This document shows, piece by piece, positions 12,510 through 25,781 of a stretch of DNA of 64,000 nucleotides; the first letter of the stretch is position 1, and every line of letters starts with the position of its first letter. A model generated the notes under the pieces. The model worked only from the letters and a program-made list of their open reading frames with translations. It did not search any database and had not been told where the DNA came from. A program made the position numbers and the translations under genes. The DNA comes from Rhizaria sp. SCN 62-66 (lineage: Eukaryota): positions 1 to 64,000 of the forward strand of contig MEDY01000233.1 in assembly GCA_001724265.1 (NCBI GenBank), in the 5' to 3' direction.

Positions 12510-13304
12510 TATGCTCTGTAACAGCAGCAACAAGCAAGCGCAAGCAGGACGAAGCGCGAAGAACGAAAAAAGAAGCGGAAGCCAAGTTCGGAGGGACGCG
12601 ATCGGGTTGAGGTTTCGAGTTGATACAACGAGAAATTATAGATTTTCAAGAAAATTTCTTGTGGAATCTGATTTTAAACAACTTGAAAAAAGTGCTTCAA
12701 GTTAACAAAATTCTTAATGCAAGCTTGATGAAAGACAATCTATGTTTTAAGAAAAGTTGTCCTGAAGTTGCAGGCGGAAGTAGTCCCTCTCGCTGCGCAC
12801 GGTCACTTGGCTGCCACCACACACGTTCGCTCCAGCACTCTCTGTCTCCTTCCACCAAGCAACTGTGAGATCATCTGTTATCTGTCACTGCTGGCTCTCT
12901 TAGAACTCACAGCTGAGTGCTGTTGCGCTACACTCTGTTATCGCGCGCGATATCTGCTCTCGTATCTCGAGGGAGGTCCTAAAATTCCCACTTCAAGTTG
13001 TTCCGCCAAGTGAGCGATTTGTAAAATGAGTGAAATTATGTATTCATAATGTTTTCATCTCGTACATAGCACGTCCGTACTGTACGTATTGTAAATGAAG
13101 AAACACCAATACATCTCGACGTCAAACGGAAACCACAACAAAGCAAGCAAAAGCTGCAAGTCCTCCCCCCACTCTCGACACCACCAACGCATCGAGCCTC
13201 AAACCCTCCCGAGAAAACCCAGCTCGCTTTCCCATCACCACCATGTGCTCAGCCACATCGTTGACGGCGCCTAGACACCGCCGCGCTTAGAAAAGCCGCT
13301 GCGC

Positions 13305-14785
13305 TTAGAAGCCGGTGGGAAGGGGCTCGACCGAATAGTACTGGTCGATCTGGTCGGGGCGCGCGCCAGTGAGGCGGAGAACGTCGGCGCGGCCCTGGGC
13401 CTCCCAGGAGCGCGTGCCCTGGTCCAGGAAGCGGTCCTTGGGGTCCGTGGGGCGGCGGCCGACGGGGCCGCGCTCCATGGTCGCGAACATGTTACCCTTC
13501 TTGTTCTTCTCCATGAACGCTACGGAGGCCTCGAGCGCCTGCGCCTGCGAGGCGAGCACGGCGGCGAGGTTCGTCATGGCCGCCACGGCGGGCTCGGTCG
13601 CATTGACCACGGCGGTCGAGTTGCCCACGGTCGCGTTGGCCGCGGCAGTGGTGTTGGTGAGCTCGAACTCGGTCTCAAACTCGGTCTCAGCCTCGGCCTC
13701 GGTGTCGATGAAGGCGTAGGCGGCGCTGTCATCCTCGGCCTCGGCCTCGGCGTCGACCTCAGCCTCGAGCTCGGCGTCGGCCTCGGCGTTGACCGACATC
13801 TCGACCTCGGCAGCGGCCTCGGCGTCCATCTCGGCATCGGCGTCAGCGTCTCCCTCCTCCTCAGCCTCAGCCTCAGCATCAGCCTCAGCCTCGTTCTCGG
13901 CATCAGCCTCGGCGTCGGCCTCGGCGTCCATCTCTGCCTCGAGCTGGTTGTCGAGCTCGTTCTCGAGCTCGGCCTCGGCGTCGATGACGGCGTCCTGCTC
14001 CGCGTCGGCCTCGAGGTCCTGCTCAGTCTCGAGTTCAGCGAGGGTCTCGAGCGCGGCGGCGGAGGCCGTCTCGATCAGCGACACGTGCTCCGCGGCGTCG
14101 GCGGCAGCGGTGGTGTCGAGAGCGCCGTTGTTGTAGGCCTCGAGGAACGAGGCAGCGACGGTCACGTGCGAGCTGGGGTCCGCGGCCTTAGCGATCACGG
14201 CCATGAGCGCATCGCGCGTCTTGGGCTGCAGGCGCGACACAAGCGCGTACACGCTCTCGGGCTTGGCGCCGTACATGTTGCCCAGCAGCATGCGCGCCTC
14301 GGCGCCCGTGAGCGTGGCAGCGACGGGGAGCCCGCCGGGGCCGAGCGCGGCCAGGGAGCGCGAGGCGAGGCCGAAGGGGACGCTGTGGGGCGCCACGAGC
14401 ACGGGGTGCGGGCCCGCGCCCGAGGGCACGAGCATGGCCTGCGCGGGGAAGGCGGCCGGGTGCGAGAAGTCGCCGGAGGGGTGCAGGATCACCGCGGGCT
14501 TCTGCAGCACGCCCACCGCGCCGGCCGCGGGGAGCGGCTTCGCGGGGGCGGTCTTGTTTGCGTCCGCAGCTAGAGAGGTGAAGAGAGAAAGAATGGAGCG
14601 GAGAGCGGAGGGAAACATTGCGTGAGTTGGGTTTGGGGGTTGAGAGAGAAGAGGAAAGCCGAGTTGAGCAGGAGCTGCAGAAATGGGGAGCGGACGGTCG
14701 GGTTTTAAGAGGACGTACCAACGCCAGTGGCGGAGACTGCGACCACAGCCACAACGGCCATGCACAATCCACGAAGGACTGACAT
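13305..14785 (-). CDS. Secreted acidic protein with Glu/Ala/Asp-rich (EAEADAE) tract (~443 aa). Exons 14785-14719, 14569-13305.
   Basis: Signal peptide MSVLRGLCMAVVAVVAVSATGVA; phase-1 intron 14718-14570 (GTACGT..TAG); long EAEADAE tract; TAA stop. Confidence 0.75.
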
Positions 14786-15386
14786 CACAACCTCTGGAGA
14801 GGACGCAGCGCACGGAGCAGAGAGCACGGGAAAGGGGTAATGTCGAGGGAGAGCAGTGAGACGAAGTGGAGACAATGAACCGACAAAATGGACCTTGATG
14901 AAAGCCAAAATAAAGGTGAATCGACTCGAAAACGCGGCATATAAGAGAATAACACATCTAAAAGATAGCACACATAGCGATATATCGGACCAACGTAGTC
15001 AAGCCGTGATATGAAGCCTGTTTTGAGGTCTTGAAGGAGACCAGCCAGTCCCAGCCAGCCCTTAGAAAATGAATTGGCTTTTTTGAGAACCAGTCAAGCC
15101 CGACCTACAACGAGTGATCTCAACCACAAGAACAAGGGTCAGATTGACGTCGATTCTACGAGTGTCTGTTACGAGTCCAATCTTCCGCGCTGTATTACCA
15201 TATCACTTTGCTGGGTAAGATCTTTGCTTTAAATACCTAATTTTTATTGTAAGACTTCTCACATCTCCCGCACTCTCTCTATATTGTCACTGGTTCGCTG
15301 TCCCCGCTGTCGTGTTCGACCTGTCCTCGGCCTTCGACGCTCCCCGCTCCTTTGTCCCCCACGCGAGTCCAGGGCGTTGCTTTAGC

Positions 15387-16596
15387 ATGTCTTTCCTGCA
15401 GTCTATTATTAAGGGTGTTGGCGCCATCGGCCTCACCACCATTGCCGGCGTCTTCATCGCCCCCCAGGTCCTCTACACCAGTACGTCCCACCTTCGCCCC
15501 ATCTCAAGTTTCCTCTTCTCACGGACTCTAGCGCGACAAGACTTAGCTTAAACCAACTGTTGTTGGCACGCCACGATTGCCTCTGTGATTTTCTACCTTA
15601 TTCTAGCATATTATTTCGCGCACCACTCACATATCCCTCATATCACACTCTCTCTCCTAATCTTTCCCTATCTCGCCGCTGCAGTCCAACCCGGACACCG
15701 CGGTCTGATCTTCAACCGCTTCTCCGGTGTGACTGACGAGATCTACGCTGAGGGCCTGCACTGGCGCATCCCGCTAATTGAGTACCCGCGCATCATCGAC
15801 GTGCGCACGGCACCCCACATGATCATGACGGCGACCTCGACCAAGGACTTGCAGCAGATCTCGCTCTCGTTGCGCGTGCTCTACCGGCCCCGCGTCGAGG
15901 GCCTGCCCACCATGTACCGCTCGCTGCGCGCCGACTACGCCGAGCAGGTCCTGCCGTCGCTGGGCAACGAGGTGCTCAAGGCCGTCGTGGCGCAGTACAA
16001 CGCGGACCAGCTCATCACGCAACGCGACCAGATCTCGCGCGAGATCCGTGAGACGCTCACCTTGCGCTGCGAGAAGTTTAACATCCTCCTCGACGACCTC
16101 TCCATCACGCACCTGCAGTTCTCCCCCGACTTCACCAAGGCCATCGAGGAGAAGCAGGTCGCCGAGCAGCGCGCCGAGCGCGCCAAGTTCGTCGTCGCGC
16201 GCGCCGAGCAGGAGAAGCTCGCCCTCATCACTCGCTCGGAGGTATGTTCCATCACACATAATCTGAGATATCTCCGCGATATCGATGTCTATTTGGATAC
16301 GCTTTTATATTTGAAGATTATGTTCTGTCACTTTCCTTAAACCTTGATTTCATCACCATGCGCTCACATCTTGTATTTTATAACTTTTTTTCTCACTCCA
16401 GGGTGATGCCGAGGCCGCCATTCTCGTCTCCGATGCGCTTCAGAAGGCCGGCAACGGCTACCTGGAGATCCGCCGCATCGACACGGCCGTGCAGGTCGCG
16501 TCCACGCTGGCCACCTCGACCAACGTGACCTACCTGCCCTCTGTCGCCAGCGGCTCGCTGCCCCCTGTGCTCATGCTGCCCCCCAGCCGCAACTAA
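15387..16596 (+). CDS. PHB1: Prohibitin (PHB1-type, ~281 aa). Exons 15387-15480, 15685-16241, 16402-16596.
   Basis: PGHRGLIFNRFSGV, TKDLQQISLSLRVLYRP, VLPSLGNEVLKAVVAQYNADQLITQR, AIEEKQVAEQRAERAKFVV; exon 3 GDAEAAILVSDALQKAGNGYLEIRRID...NVTYLP. Both introns GT-AG and frame-consistent; TAA stop. Confidence 0.93.
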
Positions 16597-17235
16597 GCGC
16601 CTCAAACGAACAATCGCCAGGAGCGAAAACAACGCGAAACGCGCGCACCAAATTGATGCGAGGCGATGCGCGATTAAACGAAATGTAACTCGTGGAGGCG
16701 TGATGAAACAAACGTCGCATGGGTAACGGTTGAATGATCAATCGCCGCCGAATGACGAAATAGCGCGACACAGGGCAGAACGACGCGTTTTGGGGCTGTG
16801 GCGCTATCTGTGCTCGTTGTTGGCGATGGCGGTATGATGGGAAATGAACACGACGACCGGTGTGAAAGCTGGCGACTCGGAGCAGTCTTCTGTGAGTCAG
16901 TCCAGTCACCTGTCAGTGAGAAGACGCTAACCAAAAGCTGTTTTTGATGCTTGTGTTTGTGTGTGTTTGGTAACGTATATATTAGCAATACAACTATTTT
17001 AATTTATATCTTTCTACTTCTCTTCTTATCGCAGTGTCAATGTTTACCCGCTGGATACAAGTTTTTGTCGTGATAGGAGGCTGAATTGTGTATTAGAACG
17101 GTGGATTGATTAATAAAGCTAGATATGATAAGCATAGATAAGTTAATAAAATGTGTTGCATATAGATATACAGGTGCAAGAAACACTGACAAGGTTTTTT
17201 CGCTCTCACGCCATATTCTCGTCGTCACTGGTCAC

Positions 17236-17615
17236 TCACTACTGGGCGGAGTTGACGCTGGCGCTCGCCGGCCGGCTGCCCTGCTGCATCTGCATCTTGG
17301 CACGCAGCGCAACCAGAGCGCGGGCCACGTGCGCGGGCGTCGGCGCGTTGCTGCCACCATCACCAGCGCTCATAGCCGGCTTGTTACCGCCATTATCATC
17401 ACTGCTACTGCTAAACGATTTGGCATTGTTGCTCGAGAGAGACAGCAGAGGCAGCAGCGGCGCGCGGGCCCTGGTGTGCGACTACGACTGTGCAGTGTTG
17501 CTGTTGTTGCTAGAGGGCGAGAGCAGAGAGAGCGGCCTCGATACCGCAGGCAGCGAGCGCGCGCCGTTGCTTGAGAACGCACTCTGTGCGACAGAGCTAG
17601 TCTTAATAGCCTTCG

Positions 17616-17665
<50 letters not shown>

Positions 17666-20600
17666 CCCGTGCTCGTGCTCATGCTCATGCCCGCGTTGGC
17701 CTTCAAGGTGCCGCTGCTGCCCGCGGCGCTGCCATTAGTGAGAGTGACCGTGTTTTCACGGTCGGCGACGAGACTGCGGCGGGCGGCGCTGAAGCCGCGG
17801 ACACGCGTGTTAGCGCCAGTGCCGACATTCGCATTCGCACCCTCAGCTGCACTGGGATGAGCTATGGGATGAGCGGGCTTGTCAGTCGTGTCTTTGGGAG
17901 TAAACGCGTTGGAGAAGGACGTGTTGGTGTTGGTGCTCGCGGAGTTGAGAGCGGTGCTGTCGCTGCAATGCCGCGCGTGCATCGGCGTGCCGTAAAGGGA
18001 CGGGGCCGCGCTGCTCGCGTTCAAGTTAGGCCGCGCGCCCACGGTCGACACAGCGAGAGGCGGCGGCGAGCCCAAGCGGGTGCCGAAGGGCGTCAGCGAA
18101 GCCAACGCGTTGGCACCATCACTGCTGCTGCCACTGCTGCCGAAGCTACCGCTGCCGAAGCTACCGCTGCCACTGCTGCTGCTGCTGCTGCTGAAGCTGC
18201 TGCTGCTACTAATAAGCGGATTTGTGCTAGCAGTCAGAGGTGAGCGCAGAGAAGCCAAGGGGGCCAGCGGTGCCAGCGGAGTGCGCAGAGGCTTCACGTC
18301 TAAGGGGCGAGCGTCTAAGGGTCTCGATTCTAAGGGTCGTTCAACTAAAGGCGTCAGCGTGAGCTTCTTCAAGTGCGACGGCGCCTGTGATGGACGCTGT
18401 CGCTGTCGCGACCGTACGTCATAGTCGTGGGCATGGTCATTGCCGTCGTCGTTGTGGGCATAAATGCTGATGTTCAGAGGCTCACGGGGGGTGCGGGGCA
18501 GGGAAGCGCCCAAGAACGGCGACTGCTTCTGCTGCTGTTGTTGCAGAGCAAGACGCGCGGCGGCAGGAGTCGCGCGCGCGGGCGTTGTGCGCAGCGCCGA
18601 CCGGCCTGGAGCCGGGGTCGGCGGCACAGCAGTGACGGCAACCTGAGCAGCAGCAGCAACAGGAGCAACAGGAGCAGGGGCAAAGTCAAAGCTTGCGTCG
18701 GCGCCAAGGCCAGGGCCCACTGCGGCCGAGGCGGGGCGCGAGCTGAGGCCCACACCGGCGACTGGACCCGCGGCGGAGGTGGGGCGCGAACTGGGTCGCG
18801 AGCGCGCAATCGCGGCCATGGAGGGCGACAGGCCCACGATCATCTCGCTGCTCGCGGCCGCTGCGCTGTTGCTGCTCATCACGGTCACAGGCTTTGCGGC
18901 CTCTGCGGCTACCGCGGACGCGAGAGGCGCTGCAATCGGCTCTAAACCAAACCCGCTACGCGACTTAACTTCCGCGCCGTGCGGCTTAACATTCAAGCCT
19001 TTAAGCACGAAGCGCTCCTCGAGACTGGAGTCGTCGCCCAACGCCAACGCCAGCCGCCGCGCCCCAGCCTCGGCCGCCGCGGCTTCAGCCTCAGCCTCAG
19101 TTTGAGTTGTTGACTTCGCGGCCTCGGGGGACTGCGCGCGCGACTGAGCCGGCGACAGCAACTGCGCCCGCGAGTGCGCCTGCAATCGCGACTGTGAGCG
19201 AGAGCGCGACTGCGAGCGCGCCCGGTCAGCGACGGCCTCGGTCAGCTCGTCTTTGAGCTGCTGGAAGCGGGTGAACTGGTCGCGCGCCGCCGCGCCGCGG
19301 GCCGCGCTGGCGTTGAGTGCAGCGGCGACACTGGCGTTAAGAGCGGCCGCGGAGCTCGTGTTGAGGGCGCCGCTGACGTTGAGTGCGCTGGCGTTGAGCG
19401 CGCTGGCGTTGAGGGCGCTGGAGCTCGCGTTCAGAGCAGCAGGCGTGCTGGTGTTGAGAGCTAGGGCAGCGGTCGCGGACGGGGAAAACACGGGCGCAGG
19501 CGAGGAGGCCCGAGAGGAACCGTGAGAAGCAGCAGTTGCGGAAGCAGCAGCCGTCGACAAACTCGAGAATGCAGAAGCGTTTGCGTTTGTGCGTGACTGC
19601 TGCTGCTTGGGTGCCGGTGTGAAGGCAAAATCAAGCCGCCCCTGGGGGAAATCAAGCCGCGCCTGCGAAAAGTCGCGCCGCACGGGGGAGAAGTCAAGCT
19701 TGCCGTGGTTGAAGTCAAGCCGCGTCTGATCGAAGTCTAGTCGCGTCTGCAAAAAGCTCAGCTTATTCTCGCCACCGGCACTCGCAACAGGCGTGACGTT
19801 ATTGTAGGCACCGTGGCGACTGCCGCTGTGCAGCGCGTGTAAGGGCCCCCACTGGATCACCGGTGAGGGAGACGGCGCCAGCGCAAAACCAGCACCATCA
19901 GCATCAGCACCAGCAGCACCAGCAGCAGCACTCTGAACACTCTGAGCACTTGTCGCATTCGCGGTCAAACCGCAATTTCTGCTACTGTAAGTGGGAGATG
20001 GGCAGGCTGAAGCGTTTAGAGACGCGTTGAGCACCGTCGTCAGCGGCAGGCACAGCATGGAACCGTCCAAGTTATTATCGGCAGCAGCAGTCGCAGCGGC
20101 CTCAGCCTCAGCGGCGGTGGCGGCGGCGGCGGCAGCGAGCAGCAGCGCAGCCTCGGACGCCGCAGCCTTAATCAAGGTTGTCTCAGCCTCGGCCTTGGCT
20201 GCGGTGGCGGCAGCGCGGCGACTGCGAGTGAAAGCGTGGGTGCGCTTGTGAGAGTGAGACTGTGAGAGCAAAGCAGAGACCTGCGCAGAGTTCGGGGAAT
20301 ACGCGTCGCCAGCCTCGCTGCTTGTGTTGTCGGTCTCGTTCTGCGTGTGCGAGTGTGACAGCGACAGCGGCGACGACGACGACGCTGACGATGACGAAAA
20401 GGACGCCAAGCCGGCCGCGGCGCGGGAGGCCGCCAGCCGCCGCTGCCGCTCGGTCACGGAGAGAAACAACGACGCCTCAGCCTCCGCCTCGGACTCCGCG
20501 TCAGTCAATCCCGCATTCTCTAAAGTCGCAGTCTCAGCCTTCGCTTGGGCCTCAGCGTCTGAGGCCGAGTTAGACTTGTTGTTGATGCTGTTGTTGTTCA

Positions 20601-22446
20601 ACGCTGCGTCTGTGTGCGTGATAACGGCCGCCGCGGTGATGACTGATGCTGGCGGCAGCGGCAGCGGCAGCGGCAGCAGCGGCACTCTGACTGGCGTTGA
20701 TGATGTTGTCTGCAGGCGCCGTGACTGGCTGTTGATGCTGCGAATAGTCTCAGAACCGGCAGCAACAGTTTTTCCGTCATCATTGGCATTGCGGCCGGAA
20801 GCCTTCTCATCACAGGCGCTGCCTTTGCAGTCGGCGTGAGAGTCCGCAAGCGAACGGCTGTGGGCGTGGCTGTGGATGCTGCGGACAGGCGTCTCAAACT
20901 GTTGCTGCTGCTGTAAACGCTGATTATCGCTGTCGCTGTGAGCGTCGCTGCTGCTGGTGGTGTTGGCGCTGCTGCTACTGCTGCTGCTGTTGCTGTTGTT
21001 GTTGTTGTCCACGTCGGTGAATGTGAGGCTGCGCACGATGGCAGAGATCGGCTGCTCACAGTCACCCTGCTGCTCACGGTCACTTTGCTGCTCACCCTGC
21101 TCATCACGGTTGCCCTGCGGCAGCGGCTGTTCGCACTCCTCTGCGTCAGCGAAAGCAGAGGCAAAGCCGAAGGCCGACACCGGGACAGACACAACAGGGA
21201 CAAAAGCAGGGACGGACTTAGGGCCGTGTGACGCGCGCGGCTGCGACTGGAACAGTTGCTTTACTTTGCACTGGCAAGAGCACTTACAAGCGACTGCATT
21301 GCTGTTCTTGCTTTTGTTCTTGCGAGTGCTCCTCTTAACAGCGCTAGCAGGGTTGCTCTTAGTCTCGCCCTTGCGCGTTGACTGACCGCTGCTGTCGCCG
21401 CTGTCATCATCAACAGAAGAAACAGCATCATTCTCAGATGTGTCTGCGTCAGAGCCGCTCTGCGAGGCCTCGGATTCGGACTCAGCCTCGGCCTCGGCTG
21501 CGGCAATTATGCTCTCGAAGAACGACGCTTCGCCCGCTCTCACGCTGGCGCCCTCCTCCGGCACTGCCTCTTGTCGCGACAGTCCCTCATGTAACTGCAT
21601 ATCCTCCTCCTGCTGATGTGGCTGTTGCTGTGTCTCCGGACGCTGCGCCTCGGGCCGGCCGGTCTGGCCCCCCGCAGCATTGGCGTCGCCGCCATCAATA
21701 GCCACCCCCGCCTCGTCGCGGTTGACGCTGCGACGACTGGAGTTGTTGATGCTGGTGTTCACTTGTGAGGCCGAGAATGAGGTCGCGCGGCGGAAGTTAA
21801 GCCGCTTCTCGGCGGCCCCGAAGCGCGCGGGCCAAAGCACGCCGTTGAGCAGCACGGCACCGCTAACGTCGCCGACGGGGGGACTTGCGAGCGCGCTGTC
21901 AGCAGCAGCAGCAGCGACGACAACGGAGGGGCGAACCTTAGAGCCTGTTTGGGGGCCTGTGTGGGAGCTTTTCTTGCTGCTCTTAGTCTGCTTGCTGCGG
22001 CTGGTCGTAGCGGCGCCAGCGTTGCGAGCGCAAGTGCAGCCGCAAGAAGGCGCAGCACTCGCAGAGGGGCGCTTAACGCCGCTGCTGCTGCCATTGCGGC
22101 TCGCGCGGTGAGCGTGCCGACTCTGGTTATTGTTGTTAGTGACGTTGTTGCCGCTGTCAACGTTGTCGGCAAATGCGACGCCGCTCAGACCCGTCAGCAC
22201 GTTAGCGTCGTCATCAAACTCATGTGCCGCGGTTTCGTTGCGGTAGCTAGACCCGCAGTCGGCATTGGTCGCAGCGGAGACGGAGGTGGAGAGAGAGGCG
22301 GAGTCGGCAGCGACAGACACAAACGGGACTGGGCTGGTGGCGAAAAGCTCGGGATGCTCGTTGAGATACGCGTAGCTGCCGTCATAATCAGGAAACAAGG
22401 TGTCCGCGGCACAAGCAGTTGTGGGACGAGAGGCGCCGCACCCCAT
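17236..22446 (-). CDS. Large low-complexity, probably disordered protein with N-terminal MGCGAS acylation motif. 1736 aa if TAG is read as sense, 1654 aa if stopped at 17482.
   Basis: Single long ORF from ATG 22446. The frame continues past TAG 17484-17482 (TAQS*SHTRARAPLLPLLSLSSNN...ALVALRAKMQMQQGSRPASASVNSAQ*) to TAG-TGA at 17241-17236, after which the sequence turns AT-rich. Confidence 0.75.
17617..17661 (-). repeat. (AGC)15 trinucleotide run encoding poly-Ser
   Basis: Direct reading of gctgctgct... on the + strand, in frame with the 17236-22446 ORF. Confidence 0.85.
19624..19749 (-). repeat. Six degenerate 21-nt tandem repeats encoding xxRLDFx heptads
   Basis: QTRLDFD QTRLDFN HGKLDFS PVRRDFS QARLDFP QGRLDFA; recurrent aa(g/a)tcaagc on the + strand at 21-nt spacing. 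Confidence 0.85.
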
Positions 22447-23283
22447 TGTAGGATGGTTCGGCGAGCGAAGCGCGGGCGATGATGAAGCGAAAAGGTCTAA
22501 CGGCTATCAACAAGTGGCAAGGCAGAAAGTGTGAGTGACCAAACCTAATTGAGGCTTTTACAAAATATTATTAAAAATACAAGTAATTTCTTCATTTTTG
22601 TTATCCGAACACTTAGTTTCAATTCATTTTGACGTTCCAGATCGTGGTATTATTGTTATTTAAAGTGCCGCTTCGTCAAAGTCAGATCGCGAGCAACGGC
22701 TACTGGCAAACACAAGGCCTCAGAAACAGACGTCAATATCGTCATACCACCTACTTCATAACCTGTGATGCATCTACATTGCTTTGCACCGTGCTTTTCA
22801 AACTGATTTTTTAAAATGAAAACAAAAGTGCGTTGTTTCACGACTGCAACAGCCTTCGGCGTGTGTCGCCACAGCGACCCCACTCCCACTCAGCCAAATC
22901 TGTTCTCTCCTATCAGCGCTACAAGACATTTGCTGATCCACGCGTAGCAGCTGTGTCTGATATTAATATGATGCCCTTAATATGCCATCGCTGTGTCAGC
23001 GACGAAATTGTTGATCAAAGCTGGTATTCGCGGCGTTTCTTCGCCTGGAAGGCGATGTGGTCGTGTTGTGGTGTTTTGAATAGCACCCCTCTCTTTATGA
23101 TCTCTATCTTTTGTCGAATCAAAAATGAGCGCACGATGGCATGTACTAGACTTCTTTCCATTACCCACTCTAACCACTCTCTCTCGGTACCCATTCTTCC
23201 TCCCTTCAACCTATCTTCCACAGTGTTGCAGCCCTCGCTCACGAAGTAGAAAAGCACTCTCCAAGCACGCCATTGCTTTACTG

Positions 23284-25781
23284 ATGTCCCGCCCCTTCTC
23301 GACTTCGGTCGCTTCCCCTCCTGCGTTTGACGGCGGCAGCGGCGGCGGCGCACGGCTGGCGAGCATCCTGAGCTTCCTCGACGACGCCGAGTCCACCGCC
23401 GCCGCCGACGAGCAGCGCGTCTCGTCATCGCACTCAGCCTCCGCGTCTGTGTCAAGCGCGAATGCGGCGACTCTGCGCTCCGGCGCCGCCGCCGGGCCCG
23501 CGCGCCCCCCGCCCCAGAGCTCCTCGGCCTTGGCAGCAGCGACAGCGACCAGCAGCAGCCGCGGCGTCTCGGTCTCCAACGCCTCTCGCGGTGTCAGTAA
23601 CTACAGAAGCAGTGACAACAGCGCCAGCAACGCGGTCGCCGCCAGCTCGGCCGGCGGCAGCGGCGGCAGCGGCGGCCAGCCGCCCCTGCTGGACGCCGTG
23701 CGCGGCAAGCTGGCCTCCCTGCGCGCGGAAATCGCGGCCAAGGACGCCGAGCTGGCGCGGACCGGGGAGGCGCTCCACGCCGCGCAGGCCGCCGCGCAGG
23801 CCGCGGCCGCGGAGGCGGAGACGCGCGCGCGCGGCGTCAAGGCCGAGTACGACGCCGTGGCGCAGCGGCAGCTGGCCTTCATCCAGCGCCTGCTCGCCGA
23901 CAAGGAGGCGCTGACGAAGCGCCAGGAGGAGCTCTCGCGCGAGGTTGCGCAAGCCACGGCGGCCGGCGCGGCGCGGCTCGAGGCCGCCATGGCCGCGGCG
24001 GCGGCGGAGCTCAAGCGGCAGAAGGAGGGCTGGGCCGTGGCGGAGCGCGCGCGGCGCGAGCAGTGGGAGAGCGAGCGGACGGCCAGCATCAAGCAGATGA
24101 CGATTAAGGGGCTGGAGCCCGAGATCAACAAGCTCATCGAGCGACACAAGAAGGAGCACGAGCGCACCGCGGCCATCCACCAAGAGGTACGTTGTCTTGG
24201 AACAAAGCTTTATTTTGTGACTTAAACACAATCGAAAGCTTCCATTTGTGGTGTATGATGTGACAGAGAGTGACTGAAACTAAGTTTTCACGACTGAAAT
24301 TCACGCACACTGTCTTGATATTTTCATTATTTTTGTTCTTGCCTGGTTACTCGCCCGCAGTCCCTCAAGGCGCTCCGCGCAGAGCTAGAGGCCGACTTCG
24401 CGCGCGAGCGGCGGTCGCTGCTGGCGGCCAATACGGCCGCGCTCGCCGCCGCCGTTGACGAAGAGCGCGCGCGCGGCGCCGTGCGGTTGCGCGACCTCGC
24501 CGCGCACTCGGACGCGCTGCAAGAGGAGTTCCGCCGCCGCGCGCGCGCCGAGGCCGAGGCGGAGTCAGCCGGTGCGCTCGCGCTCAGGGACAGCGAGCTC
24601 GCCTCGCTCCGCACCGAAGTCGCTCAGGTACGACGCCTTTTCTTGTATCTCACTTAAATTGATGCTATATTCATGTAATTTAAGTCTAATTATTTCTCAC
24701 TTGATCTGTATTATTTGTCTATTGATTTCCCTCCTCACACAGGCGCGCGCGGCGCAGGGCGACAAGGTGACGCTGGCGGTGGACGAGTGCAAGCGGCGGC
24801 ACCGCGCGCTGCTGGCCCAGCTGGCGGAGCAGGAGAAACTTGAGCGCGCGCAGTGGCAGGCCGCACTCGTCGACAAGCTGCGCAAGGAGGCCGAGACACA
24901 GGTTGATGCCCTCAAGCGTGATCTTAAGGAGCGGCGTGACAAGGAACTCGAGGTACGTGTGGAAGAAGAATCAATGATACTCAAAACTGTTCAGGAACTT
25001 GACGTTGAATTATTCGAATCTCAGGAAGCAGACGCATTGAAATCAACTTAAACATAACAACTATATTTTCTTTTTTTTGTTGCTAACATCTCGCCTAATC
25101 ATGTTATATGCCACTCCCCAGACCGTGATCGCGCGGCTGCAGGAGGAAGCGTCCTCCTCGGCGGTCTCGGCGGCGCAGTCCTCCGAGTCGCGTCTACAGG
25201 ACCTACTCGCGCTGCGCCTGCGCGATGAGCGCGCGCACGCCGCCGCGCTGGCCGACCGCGACGCCTTCGCGGCGCGTCTGCAGAGCCAGCTAGCCGACGC
25301 CAAGGCCGCCGCAGAGGCCGCGACAGACGCGGCCGCCACGGCCCGCAGCGGCGCCGCCGCAGAGGCCGCCCGCGCCGCCAAGCTGGAGCGCGATTTGACC
25401 GCGGCGGAGGCCCGGGCGGCCGCGGGCGAGCGCGCCGCGGCCGCAGCGGTCGCCGCCGCCGAGGCCGCGAGCGGGGACGCCGTGGCCGCGGCGCGCGCGG
25501 CCGGGCTGGCAGAGGGCCGACGCGCGGCTGCGCTCGCTGCCGAGGCCGCCGCCGCCGAGGCGGCGGAGGAGGCGGCGGCGGCTGCGCGGCGGGCGGTCGA
25601 CGCCGAGCGCACGCGCGCCGAGAGGGACAAGGAGGCCGAGCTCGGCGCGCTGCACGAGCGCGTGCGCGGCATCGTGGGCAGGAAAGACCTCGCGATCGAA
25701 AAGCTTAAGGAGACCGTGGCGGCGCTGGAGCAGCGGATCAGGGAGCAGGAGGGCGCGCTCGCGGCCGCCGTCGGAGAGTGA
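23284..25781 (+). CDS. CEP131: Centrosomal/centriolar-satellite protein CEP131 (AZI1) homologue (~679 aa). Exons 23284-24186, 24361-24627, 24743-24952, 25122-25781.
   Basis: Signatures LASILSFLDD, QRQLAFIQRLLADKEALTKR, IKQMTIKGLEPEINKLIERHKKE, ERRDKELE|TVIARLQEE, ELGALHERVRGIVGRKDLAIEKL. Three phase-0 GTACG..CAG introns; TGA stop. Confidence 0.88.
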
